From: Mycobacteriales bacterium
GTDB taxonomy: Bacteria > Actinomycetota > Actinomycetes > JAFAQI01
Reading direction: 5' to 3'
NCBI GenBank assembly: GCA_035690365.1
Contig: DASSKP010000048.1
Span: 10,077 to 74,076, forward strand
Length of the DNA: 64,000 bases
Part shown: positions 26,650 to 35,148 of the stretch, one piece after another
Position numbering within the stretch: the stretch's first letter is position 1
How the letters are laid out: every line of letters begins with the position of its first letter
The notes under the pieces: model-generated
Database searches by the model: none
Told to the model about the DNA's origin: nothing
What the model saw: only the letters and a program-made list of their open reading frames with translations
Made by a program: the position numbers and the translations under genes

Positions 26650-26847
26650 GTGAAGCTGGAGGAGCAGTACGCCATCGGTCTCGGAGCGCTCAGCGTCGTG
26701 CTGCTCATCGTCGGGACCGTGCTCGGCCGGGTGCTGGCGCACGCGCCGGCCCGGGTGACCCGCACGGTCTTTCCGATCGCAGCCGTCGCCACACTGGCCG
26801 CGTTCTTCATCTTCGTCGCGATCGCCCGCGCCCACGTCAAGGGGTGA
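26650..26847 (+). CDS. 65-aa two-helix membrane protein translationally coupled to murT
   Basis: GTG 26650 in the frame of ORF 26422..26847. Two hydrophobic helices and high GC3. Stop overlaps the murT GTG (GTGA 26844-26847). Confidence 0.45.
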   Translation: MKLEEQYAIGLGALSVVLLIVGTVLGRVLAHAPARVTRTVFPIAAVATLAAFFIFVAIARAHVKG

Positions 26848-28064
26848 CGGCCCGCTTCACGCTCGCCCGAGCGGCGGGAGCGACGGCGGCCGGCCTGTCC
26901 AAGCTGACCGGCCGGGGCGGTGGCACCACGATCGGCGGTCGCATCACGCTGCTCGTCGACCCGCACGCCCTGCAGGAAGCCGCCGCGGGCCGTGAGATCG
27001 CGCTGGTCAGCGGCACCAACGGCAAGAGCACCACACGCAGCCTGCTCGTCGCGGCGCTGGAGACCCGCGAGCCGGTCGTGAGCAACGGCGGCGGGGCCAA
27101 CCTGCCCACCGGTCTCACCGCCGCCCTGGCGACCGACCGCACCAGTCGGCTCGGAGTCCTCGAGGTCGACGAGCCCTACCTCCCGCGGGTCGCGGCGGCC
27201 GTTCACCCGAAGGCCGCTGTCCTGCTCAACCTCAGCCGCGACCAGCTCGACCGCTACGCCGAGGTGCGGCGGCTCGCCGGCATCTGGCACGACGCGCTGA
27301 AGGCATCGCCGGACATCACCGCTGTCGCCAACTGCGACGACCCGCTCGTCACCTGGGCGGCGACCGGCGCGAGCAAGCAGGTGTGGGTGTCGGCCGGCCA
27401 GCGGTGGCAGTCCGACTCGACGGCCTGCCCGGTCTGTGGCGACGTACTGGTCCGCGACGCCGACGGCTGGCGCAGTGGGTGCGGCCTCGCCCGGCCGACA
27501 CCGCAGTGGTCGGTGTCCGGGCGCACGGTGACCGGCCCCGACGGGAAGACGTACGACGTCGACCTCTCGCTGCCGGGTGACGTCAACGTCGGCAACGCCG
27601 CCCTCGCAGCGGCCGCGGCAAGCCTCTGGGCCGTGCAGCCAGGCGACGCCTTGGACGCGATGCGGCGCATCGATGCCGTGGAAGGCCGCTACCTGCAGAC
27701 GACGTACGACGGCCGCCCGGTGCGACTACTGCTCGCGAAGAACCCTGCCGGCTGGTCGGAAGCCCTCGCGATGGCGAAGCCGGACGCACCGGTCGTCGTC
27801 GCGGTCAACGCACGTGCGCAGGACGGCCGCGACCCGTCGTGGCTGTGGGACGTGCCGTTCGAGGTGCTGCGTGGTCGGCCGGCGGTCGCCACCGGCGAAC
27901 GGTCGCGCGACGTCGCGGTGCGGCTGCGCTACGCCGGCGTCGAACACGTCCGGATCGACGACGAAGCCGCCGCGTTGCGCGCGGCGAAGGGCAGCGGCCA
28001 TCTCGAGGTGCTGGCCAACTACACGGCGTTCCAGACCTACCGCCGGGTGGTCGGCGATGCCTGA
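26844..28064 (+). CDS. murT: Lipid II isoglutaminyl synthase, Mur-ligase-like subunit
   Basis: 406 aa with GTNGKSTT P-loop, a Cys-rich ribbon (CPVCG...GC) and a DUF1727-like C-terminus. Followed by gatD with an 8-nt overlap. Confidence 0.85.
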   Translation: MTARFTLARAAGATAAGLSKLTGRGGGTTIGGRITLLVDPHALQEAAAGREIALVSGTNGKSTTRSLLVAALETREPVVSNGGGANLPTGLTAALATDRTSRLGVLEVDEPYLPRVAAAVHPKAAVLLNLSRDQLDRYAEVRRLAGIWHDALKASPDITAVANCDDPLVTWAATGASKQVWVSAGQRWQSDSTACPVCGDVLVRDADGWRSGCGLARPTPQWSVSGRTVTGPDGKTYDVDLSLPGDVNVGNAALAAAAASLWAVQPGDALDAMRRIDAVEGRYLQTTYDGRPVRLLLAKNPAGWSEALAMAKPDAPVVVAVNARAQDGRDPSWLWDVPFEVLRGRPAVATGERSRDVAVRLRYAGVEHVRIDDEAAALRAAKGSGHLEVLANYTAFQTYRRVVGDA

Positions 28065-28821
28065 CCCGCTGCGGATCGCACTGATCTACCCGTCGCTGCT
28101 CGGCACCTACGGCGACGGCGGCAACGCGAGCGTGCTCGCGCAGCGCCTGCGCTGGCGGGGCATCGCCGCGGAGACGATCGACGTCGGCATCGACGAGACC
28201 GTGCCGGAGCAGGCCGACATCTACGTCCTCGGCGGGGGCGAGGACGCCGCGCAGACCCTCGCGGTCTCGAAGCTCGCCAACGGCGTGCTCGGCCGCGCGT
28301 CGGACGCGGGCCGTCCGATCTTCGCGGTGTGCGCCGGCTTCCAGATCCTCGGTGAGCGGTTCCTCGTCGGACAGGGCGAGATGGTCGCGGGGCTCGGTAT
28401 CCTCGACTGCCGGACCGAACGGCTGCCCGGTCCGCGCGCGGTCGGCGAGCTGCTGGGTGAGCCCGCCATCGACGGACTGTCCGGCCCACTCACCGGTTAC
28501 GAGAACCACGGCGGCATGACCGCGCTCGGGCCCGACGCCCGCCCGCTTGCCACTGTGCGCTCCGGCGTGGGCAACGGAACGGCCGGCGTCGACGGAGCAG
28601 TGCAAGGCAGCATCGTGGCGACGTACCTGCACGGACCGGCACTCGCCCGCAACCCCGCGCTCGCGGACTACCTGCTGCGCCGCGCGGTCGGCGCCGAGCT
28701 CGATCCGATCGACGACACCGAGGAAGACGAGCTGCGTCGCGAACGCCTGGCGTTCGTCCGCCGCGCGGAGCGCACGCGCTGGTGGCACCGGCAGTGGCGG
28801 CCGCCTGCTCAGGGCGCCTGA
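28057..28821 (+). CDS. gatD: Lipid II isoglutaminyl synthase, glutaminase subunit (CobQ/GATase-like)
   Basis: ATG 28057 (MPDPLRIALIYPSLLGTYGDGGN...). Catalytic CAGFQILG and ...YLHGP... motifs of GatD. Confidence 0.85.
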   Translation: MPDPLRIALIYPSLLGTYGDGGNASVLAQRLRWRGIAAETIDVGIDETVPEQADIYVLGGGEDAAQTLAVSKLANGVLGRASDAGRPIFAVCAGFQILGERFLVGQGEMVAGLGILDCRTERLPGPRAVGELLGEPAIDGLSGPLTGYENHGGMTALGPDARPLATVRSGVGNGTAGVDGAVQGSIVATYLHGPALARNPALADYLLRRAVGAELDPIDDTEEDELRRERLAFVRRAERTRWWHRQWRPPAQGA

Positions 28822-30428
28822 CTGCAGCTGCCGCCGTTGCCGCTTCCTGCGAGTGTCGACAGACCGACCTGCGCGGAAAGCGTGACCGGACCGGCCGTCC
28901 CGGCCGTGACCTGTGTCCAGCCATCGGGGGTCGGTGCCACGCACGCCTGACCGGCGACGACCGACCAGAAGCGCGTCCATCGGACGAGGATCACGGCCGA
29001 GCCCGGCCGCAACATCTGCAGGTCGATCCGGGAGACGCCGAAGGAGACGAGCCGCACGGGTCCGGTCGCGAGCGGCCGCGCGTCGCGCACCTGCCAGACC
29101 TTCCAGTGCGCGTCGTGCCACACCGGCTGCAGGTAGGACGGCGGGTGTGACCGTTGCAGCAGCGCCGCCTCACCGGTCTCCGACGCGTCGAGCGGCGCGT
29201 CCGGCAACGCCACCCATCGGACGCCGTTGGCCAGCAGCCAGTCGTGGTAGGCCGACGCGCTGAGGTCGACGTCGTAGAGCACCTCGTTGTGGGAGATGTC
29301 GAGCTGCCGCTCCCACCCGCGGGCCAGCGGCACGGATGCGGCAAGGTAGTCGGTCTCCCAGCGTCCCTGCGTCAGTGGCACCTCGACCCGGCCCTGCGGA
29401 CCCGACTGCGACGTCAGGAAGCGCAGCAGGCCGGTGTAGTAGGGCGCCCGCGCAGACAACCCGCCACTCGTCGCGAACGATGCCGGCACCGGTGCGAGCT
29501 GCCACACCAGCAGCGGCACGGCAAGGATCGCCAGCAGCACGGTTCGACGTCGACGCAGCAGCTCGTACGCCGCCAACGGCCCCGACATGACCGCACCGAG
29601 GCGGATCATGTTGCCGCCCACCGGGTTGGCGATGACGAACGCCCCGACGGACGCGATGCCGTAGAGCCACAAGCCGCGGCGCAGCAGAACGCTGTCTCTC
29701 GCCGCGAAGAGCAGGCCGAGCGCGACGAACACGAGCACGAGGACCAACGAGGTCCACGGGAACGGGAACGCCCCGCCCTCGCCGAAGATCACCGCGACGA
29801 GGATGCCGAAGAAGGAGCCGACGAACGGCAACGTACGTCGCCAGCCGGCGGTGGGCAGCCACGCCGTCGCGACCAGGAGAAGGAAAGCCGCGGCCAAGGG
29901 GCTCGACGCGCTGCACAGCACCGACAGCACGAACACGCGCGCGGGTCGTCGCTCGCGCGCGGCGGCGAGGGCGGCGATGCCGAAGGCCAGCCCGAGTGCG
30001 AACGGCAACCGGCCGACCACGAGGTCGACAGCGCTGACCACCGCGAACCAGATGACGGCGAGGTCGTGCCCCGTTGCCTCGCGTCCGCGCAGCAACCTGG
30101 TGAACGCCGCCGTCGCCGCGATGCACGCCAGGGCGCCGACAAGTCGCGATCCGAACATCGCCGCGAGCAACGGGAACAGCATGGAGTAGCCGGGCAGCGA
30201 GTGGCCGCCGTACCAGTGGCTGTCGAAGATGACCAGTCCGTGGTGGCGGATCAACGAGACGCGGTAGGCCTGCGCGGGAAGGTCGGGCCCCCGCAGGCCG
30301 ATGGCGACGACGACACCGCAGACGAGCGCCGTCAACAGCTCGGGATGGCGGCGGAAGACGTCGAGGACACGGCTCGTCCAGCAGCTGCCGGACCAGCCGT
30401 AGCTGGAGTCCGCTACCGCCGTGCTCAC
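28809..30428 (-). CDS. Large polytopic membrane protein with C-terminal soluble domain (unknown function; GT-C-like architecture is only a guess)
   Basis: GTG 30426-30428. About 10-12 hydrophobic helices followed by a roughly 200-aa hydrophilic C-terminal domain. High GC3. Lies 7 nt downstream of the preceding membrane-protein gene. Confidence 0.6.
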   Translation of the reverse strand: MSTAVADSSYGWSGSCWTSRVLDVFRRHPELLTALVCGVVVAIGLRGPDLPAQAYRVSLIRHHGLVIFDSHWYGGHSLPGYSMLFPLLAAMFGSRLVGALACIAATAAFTRLLRGREATGHDLAVIWFAVVSAVDLVVGRLPFALGLAFGIAALAAARERRPARVFVLSVLCSASSPLAAAFLLLVATAWLPTAGWRRTLPFVGSFFGILVAVIFGEGGAFPFPWTSLVLVLVFVALGLLFAARDSVLLRRGLWLYGIASVGAFVIANPVGGNMIRLGAVMSGPLAAYELLRRRRTVLLAILAVPLLVWQLAPVPASFATSGGLSARAPYYTGLLRFLTSQSGPQGRVEVPLTQGRWETDYLAASVPLARGWERQLDISHNEVLYDVDLSASAYHDWLLANGVRWVALPDAPLDASETGEAALLQRSHPPSYLQPVWHDAHWKVWQVRDARPLATGPVRLVSFGVSRIDLQMLRPGSAVILVRWTRFWSVVAGQACVAPTPDGWTQVTAGTAGPVTLSAQVGLSTLAGSGNGGSCSQAP

Positions 30429-30435
30429 ATCGGGA

Positions 30436-32424
30436 TTATCCCGCTTGGTCCGGCATCGGCCCGGGAGCCGCGGCGGCGAGCAGTCCCGCACCCGCCAAAG
30501 CGCCGACCGCGACGATCAACGCGAACGCTGCGATGACCACACCGGAGTCGTTGAACAGGGTGCCCAGGATCGCCACGGTCGCCACGCCGGCGAGCGCAGC
30601 CGGCAGGCCCGCGAACTGAGCGGCGCGCCGTCGCAAGAATCCACGGCAGGCGACCGAAGCGGCCGCCGCTCCGGCGGCGAGCAGTGTCATCGGGACGTTG
30701 CCGAACGACCGTCCGACTGCGATCAGCCGCCGCCGCACCTCGGCACCGGCCCCGCCGTGCATCAGCTGCCCGACGAAACGACCGAGATGCGTCTGCGCCG
30801 CCGCTCCCCGCGCGTGGTCCGCCACTCCGACGAGGACGACCAGAGCGACGGCGACGACCAGGACGACGAGCACGCGCTGCCACGTCACCCGGACACCGGT
30901 CAGAACCGCGAGCATGAGCACGACAGCGGTCAGCAGCGTCACTGCGCCGCCGGCGTCGTCACCGAGTGGTGGCGCGCCGTCGACGACCAGGGCGACACCG
31001 CCGATGGCCGCGGCGGCGGCGAGACCGAGGGTGCGCCGACCGCGGGAGACCAACGCACCGCCGGCGACACCCGCGCAGAGCAGCGCGCAGGTCGCGAACA
31101 CCGCGAAGTCGATGTTGCCCATGCCGTGGAACCGGCCGCCGATCAACGGGTTGTCGCCCAAGGCGGACGAGATCTGCAGCCGCGATCCAGCGAGCTGGTC
31201 GGCCAGCAGCACCACCGCGGTGAACCCCGGGACGATCACCAACGCCACGACGGCCGCGCGTCGGGCGGTTGCAGCCGTCACCGCAGCGAAGGCGACAGCT
31301 GCCCCGGCGAACATGCCGGCAACCGCGAGCCCGCCGGACCGCCACCACGGCAACAGCTGGACCATGAACGCGAAGACCGGCACACCGACCAGCAGGCGGG
31401 CCAGCCACGTCGCGGCGGCACCGGACAGGCGCGCTCCCACACCGCGACCGGCAAGCACCAGCAGCAGGATGACCGCGAGCGCAGCGATCGCGAGGGTGTA
31501 GCGAAGCGGCTTGCTGGTGCTCCGCGCCGCCTGCGCATGCCGGTCCTGGTCGGCGTACGCCGTCCAGTCGCGAGCCGGCGTCGCGGTGGGACGCAGGACT
31601 CGGCCGGCCAGGTCGGCCGGCGGAGCCCGGCCGAGGAGATGTAACAAGGTCGGAGCAAGGTCGATCAGGGAGACGTACGGCGGGTGAGTACCCGGCCGGG
31701 CAAGCTCGACGTGCGACCACCCCTGATGCCGGACGAGCAGGACGTGCAGATGGGCATGGCCGGCCGGTGCGTCGCTGAGCCCGGCGATGAAGACCGTCGT
31801 CTGCGGCGCGAGCTCGGCCACCTGGTCGTGGATCTCGCCGTCGAGCAGACCGGCGGTCACCGGTCGCTGGTCAGGACGCCCGACGTAGAGGTCGTCGTCG
31901 ACGATCGCGTCGACCTCGGGCGCGTTCGACCGGACGATCGACCGGAACGGCGTCACCGTGACGTCGCCGGTCGAGTCGACGAGCAGCGGGATCGACCTGG
32001 TGTCGACGGCAGAGGTGACCAGGCCCGCCGATCGCAACGCGTCACCCAACGCGCCGACGTGTGCATCGAAGACACTGCCACGGGCGTTCACCCGCGCCTT
32101 CTTCAGCTGCGCCGGCGTCATCGAACAACCGCCGACGCCACTGTCGACCCGGTCTCCCGCGTTGAAGGTCAGCAGGCCGTCGGCACAGTCGGCGCGCGAC
32201 TCCACGGTCTTCACCGAGAGGTCACCGACCGCGGCCGTCCCGGCGAACGCCCGCAGCTTCGGCATGTAGGCGAGGTCGCTCCACCGCAGGTCCGGGACAG
32301 CGATGACGACGGCGCGAACGTGGTTGTCGGTGACGGTCAGCGCCGGCGCCGACGGCGGACTGACCGCGCTGACCGCGGGCGCAAGAACAGCGAGCAGGGC
32401 CGCGACGCCGGCGGCGACGAGCAC
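30436..32424 (-). CDS. Large membrane protein: signal/anchor + roughly 300-aa extracytoplasmic domain + C-terminal multi-TM domain, unknown function
   Basis: 662 aa, GTG start 3 nt after the stop of the upstream M16 gene. N-terminal MLVAAGVAALLAVLAPAVSA, then a hydrophilic domain (VIAVPDLRWSDL...), then about 9 hydrophobic helices. Confidence 0.6.
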   Translation of the reverse strand: MLVAAGVAALLAVLAPAVSAVSPPSAPALTVTDNHVRAVVIAVPDLRWSDLAYMPKLRAFAGTAAVGDLSVKTVESRADCADGLLTFNAGDRVDSGVGGCSMTPAQLKKARVNARGSVFDAHVGALGDALRSAGLVTSAVDTRSIPLLVDSTGDVTVTPFRSIVRSNAPEVDAIVDDDLYVGRPDQRPVTAGLLDGEIHDQVAELAPQTTVFIAGLSDAPAGHAHLHVLLVRHQGWSHVELARPGTHPPYVSLIDLAPTLLHLLGRAPPADLAGRVLRPTATPARDWTAYADQDRHAQAARSTSKPLRYTLAIAALAVILLLVLAGRGVGARLSGAAATWLARLLVGVPVFAFMVQLLPWWRSGGLAVAGMFAGAAVAFAAVTAATARRAAVVALVIVPGFTAVVLLADQLAGSRLQISSALGDNPLIGGRFHGMGNIDFAVFATCALLCAGVAGGALVSRGRRTLGLAAAAAIGGVALVVDGAPPLGDDAGGAVTLLTAVVLMLAVLTGVRVTWQRVLVVLVVAVALVVLVGVADHARGAAAQTHLGRFVGQLMHGGAGAEVRRRLIAVGRSFGNVPMTLLAAGAAAASVACRGFLRRRAAQFAGLPAALAGVATVAILGTLFNDSGVVIAAFALIVAVGALAGAGLLAAAAPGPMPDQAG

Positions 32425-32427
32425 GGC

Positions 32428-33786
32428 TCAGGCCTCGTCGGTGACGACCTGGACCGGTCCGAGCCCGATCTCCCCGAGGCTCTCCGCGACGACGGACGCG
32501 TCGCCGACGACGACGTTGACCAGGTCGTCGGGGCGGAGCCGCTTCTGCGCAGCCGTATTGACCTCATCGGTGGTGACGGCTTCGATCTGCGCCCGCAGCC
32601 GGTCGAAGTGGTCGTCCGGGAAGCCGTGCACGATGAGGTCGGACAGCCCTGCGGCAACAGCAGGCGAGCCGGCGAAGTTGATCGGGAAGATGCCGGAGCG
32701 GTAGCGGCGCGCGAGGTCGAGCTCGTCCTCTTCCAAGCCGTCGTCGTGCATCCGCCGGATCTCCGCAACGGTGTCGGCAAGTGCCGGTGCGGTCACCTCG
32801 GTGTGCACTGCGGCCCGGGCGACGAACACTCCCCCATGGCGTCGGCAGTCGTAGCCGCCGTACGCGCCGTAGGTGTAGCCCTTGTCCTCGCGCAGCCGGT
32901 ACATCAGCCGTGAGCTGAACATCCCGCCGAGCGACAGGGCCATCGTCGTCATCGGGACGTAGTCCTCGACGGCGCGAGCCGGCGCATCGTGGCCGGAGTA
33001 GAGCATCGACTGCACGGAGCCCGGTCGGTCGACGAGGATGATCCGCTTGTTCTCGCCGCGCGTGCTGACGACGGGAGGCGCCACCGGCGTCGCCGTACCT
33101 GTCCAGCCCTCGAACACCGACCGGCCGAGCGCGTCCACATCGGTGCCGGCGAGGTCTCCAACGACGACAAGGGTCGCGGCGTCCGGGGCGAACCGCGCCG
33201 CGTGAAAGGCGCGTACGTCGTCCGGCGTCAGCGCGGCGACCGTCGTGAGATCACCGCCGTCGCGGACGGCGTAGCGGCTGTCGGACGAGAAGACCGCGTC
33301 GACGAACGCCATGCCGGCGCGCGGGCCCGGCTGGCTGAGCTCGAGCCGGACCTCGTCCAGCCTCTCGTCGCGGACGCGCAGCAGCGTCTCGTCGTCGAGA
33401 CCGGGGTCACGGACGGCTTCGGCCAGCAGGTCGGCGGCCGCTTGCAGCTCTCCGGCCGGCACCTCGAAGCCGCAGCGCATGGCGTCCCAGTCAGTGTCGG
33501 CACGCCAGTTGGCGCCGAGCCGCTCGCCGGCCACCGCGAACTCGTAGGCGCTCTTCGTGCGGGTGCCTTCGGACAGCGCGCGGGCGAGGAGCAGCGCGAC
33601 GCCTTCCTTGCCCGCAGGCTCCGTGACGGCGCCGGCATCGAGGACGAGGAGCACCATCGCGAGCGGGCGGCCGGGGACGTCGCAGGCGATGACCGGACCG
33701 CCGGCGACCGTCCGTCGTTCGAACGAAGGAAAGCGCCAGGGTCGGGGCGGAGCGGGCTCCGGCCGCTCGGCGACGAGGGTGGTCAC
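32428..33786 (-). CDS. M16 (pitrilysin) family peptidase-like protein, no zinc motif (non-catalytic partner)
   Basis: GTG 33784-33786 overlaps the upstream stop (GTGA). 452 aa with M16 N- and C-domain length and pattern but no HxxEH. The longer ORF 32428..34308 upstream part overlaps the preceding gene. Confidence 0.8.
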   Translation of the reverse strand: MTTLVAERPEPAPPRPWRFPSFERRTVAGGPVIACDVPGRPLAMVLLVLDAGAVTEPAGKEGVALLLARALSEGTRTKSAYEFAVAGERLGANWRADTDWDAMRCGFEVPAGELQAAADLLAEAVRDPGLDDETLLRVRDERLDEVRLELSQPGPRAGMAFVDAVFSSDSRYAVRDGGDLTTVAALTPDDVRAFHAARFAPDAATLVVVGDLAGTDVDALGRSVFEGWTGTATPVAPPVVSTRGENKRIILVDRPGSVQSMLYSGHDAPARAVEDYVPMTTMALSLGGMFSSRLMYRLREDKGYTYGAYGGYDCRRHGGVFVARAAVHTEVTAPALADTVAEIRRMHDDGLEEDELDLARRYRSGIFPINFAGSPAVAAGLSDLIVHGFPDDHFDRLRAQIEAVTTDEVNTAAQKRLRPDDLVNVVVGDASVVAESLGEIGLGPVQVVTDEA

Positions 33787-35084
33787 GCGGCCACCTCCGC
33801 GGCTTCCGGCTCGAAGACGAGGACCACGCGGTTGTCGGGGCGCAGCACCTCGCCGGCAACGCGCGCGACGTCCTCCGGCGTGACGGCGAGAACCCTCGGC
33901 AGCATGTCGTTGACGAGCCCCGGGTCGTCGAACAGCGTCGTGAACTGGCTGAACATGTCGGCGCGACCGTCGACGTTGGCCAGGTGGTGCAGCCACTCGC
34001 TCGTGATCAGCGCGCGGGCCCGCGTCATCTCCTCGTCGGTCGGCGGCTGCGTCGCCGCGGCATCGGCGAGCTCGTGGTACGCCGCCTCCAGCTCCGCGAT
34101 GTCGACGCCCTCGCGCGCCGGCAGATCGGCGACGGTCAGCGACGCGCCGCCGACGAACGGCCACGACGACATGATGTCGCCGTCTGACGCCTGCAACAAC
34201 GGCCGATCGAGCACCAACGCCTTGTAGAGCCGGCTCCCACGACCGCCGCCGAGGACGGTGCCCAGCACCTCGACCGCGTCGAAGTCGGGTGTGCCGAACG
34301 GCGGGCACCGGTAGCCGATGAACGCCCGCGGCACCGGCACGCGGTCCGGCACGTGGCGGCGGATCTCCTGGCCGATGTGCGCGGCGATCTCCGTCGAGGG
34401 TGGCTGCGGGAACGAGCCCTTCGCCGGGATGCCCCCGAAGTAGCGCTCGACCGCGGCCAGCGTCGCGTCGGTGTCGACGTCCCCCACGATCGACAACACC
34501 GCGTTGTCCGGCGCGTACCAGGTCGAGTAGAACGACCGCGCGTCCTCGAGGCTCGCCGCATCGAGATCAGCCATCGAGCCGATCGTCGTGTGGTGGTAGG
34601 GGTGGCTCTCCGGGAAGCCGTGCTCGTGGAGCAGCTCGAGCCACGCGCCGTAGGGCTGGTTGTCCCGGGTCTGGCGCTTCTCGTTCTTGACGACCTCGCG
34701 CTGGTTGTCGAGGTTGTCCTGGTCGAGCGCATCGAGCAGACCACCCATGCGGTCCGCCTCGAGCCACAGTGCGGTCTCGAGATGGTTGGCCGGCACCGTC
34801 TCGAAGTAGTTGGTCCGGTCGCACCACGTCGTGCCGTTGAGGGTCCCGCCGGCGGCGGAGATCAAGCCGAAGTGGTCGTTACGGCTGACGTTCTTGGAGC
34901 CCTGGAACATCAGGTGCTCGAAGAGGTGCGCGAAGCCCGTCTTACCCGGTGCCTCATGCCGCGATCCGACGTCGTACCAGAGGTTGACGGCGACCACGGG
35001 CGCGAGATGGTCCTCACTGATCACCACCCGCAGGCCGTTGTCGAGCCGGTGACGCGAGAACGGGTAGCTCGGCAGCGTCGGCAC
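33783..35084 (-). CDS. M16 family zinc peptidase (catalytic, HxxEH)
   Basis: GFAHLFEHLMFQGS inverted zinc motif and LDNGLRVV N-terminal strand. The start is uncertain: GTG 35082-35084 (VPTLPSYPF...) is preferred, GTG 35127-35129 is the alternative. Confidence 0.8.
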   Translation of the reverse strand: MPTLPSYPFSRHRLDNGLRVVISEDHLAPVVAVNLWYDVGSRHEAPGKTGFAHLFEHLMFQGSKNVSRNDHFGLISAAGGTLNGTTWCDRTNYFETVPANHLETALWLEADRMGGLLDALDQDNLDNQREVVKNEKRQTRDNQPYGAWLELLHEHGFPESHPYHHTTIGSMADLDAASLEDARSFYSTWYAPDNAVLSIVGDVDTDATLAAVERYFGGIPAKGSFPQPPSTEIAAHIGQEIRRHVPDRVPVPRAFIGYRCPPFGTPDFDAVEVLGTVLGGGRGSRLYKALVLDRPLLQASDGDIMSSWPFVGGASLTVADLPAREGVDIAELEAAYHELADAAATQPPTDEEMTRARALITSEWLHHLANVDGRADMFSQFTTLFDDPGLVNDMLPRVLAVTPEDVARVAGEVLRPDNRVVLVFEPEAAEVAA

Positions 35085-35148
35085 GGCGGTCAGTCTAGGC
35101 AGGTGCAACGCGAGTAACGTCCCCCTCACCGTCACGGTGGGAGGCGCT

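Noticed and set aside
26616-27290. Upstream 225 codons of the 349-aa ORF 26241..27290
   Set aside because: It is antisense to murT and to the small membrane ORF, has low-complexity R/G/A composition and no motif. Only the lipoprotein part (26241..26615) has a signal peptide, lipobox and ribosome-binding site.
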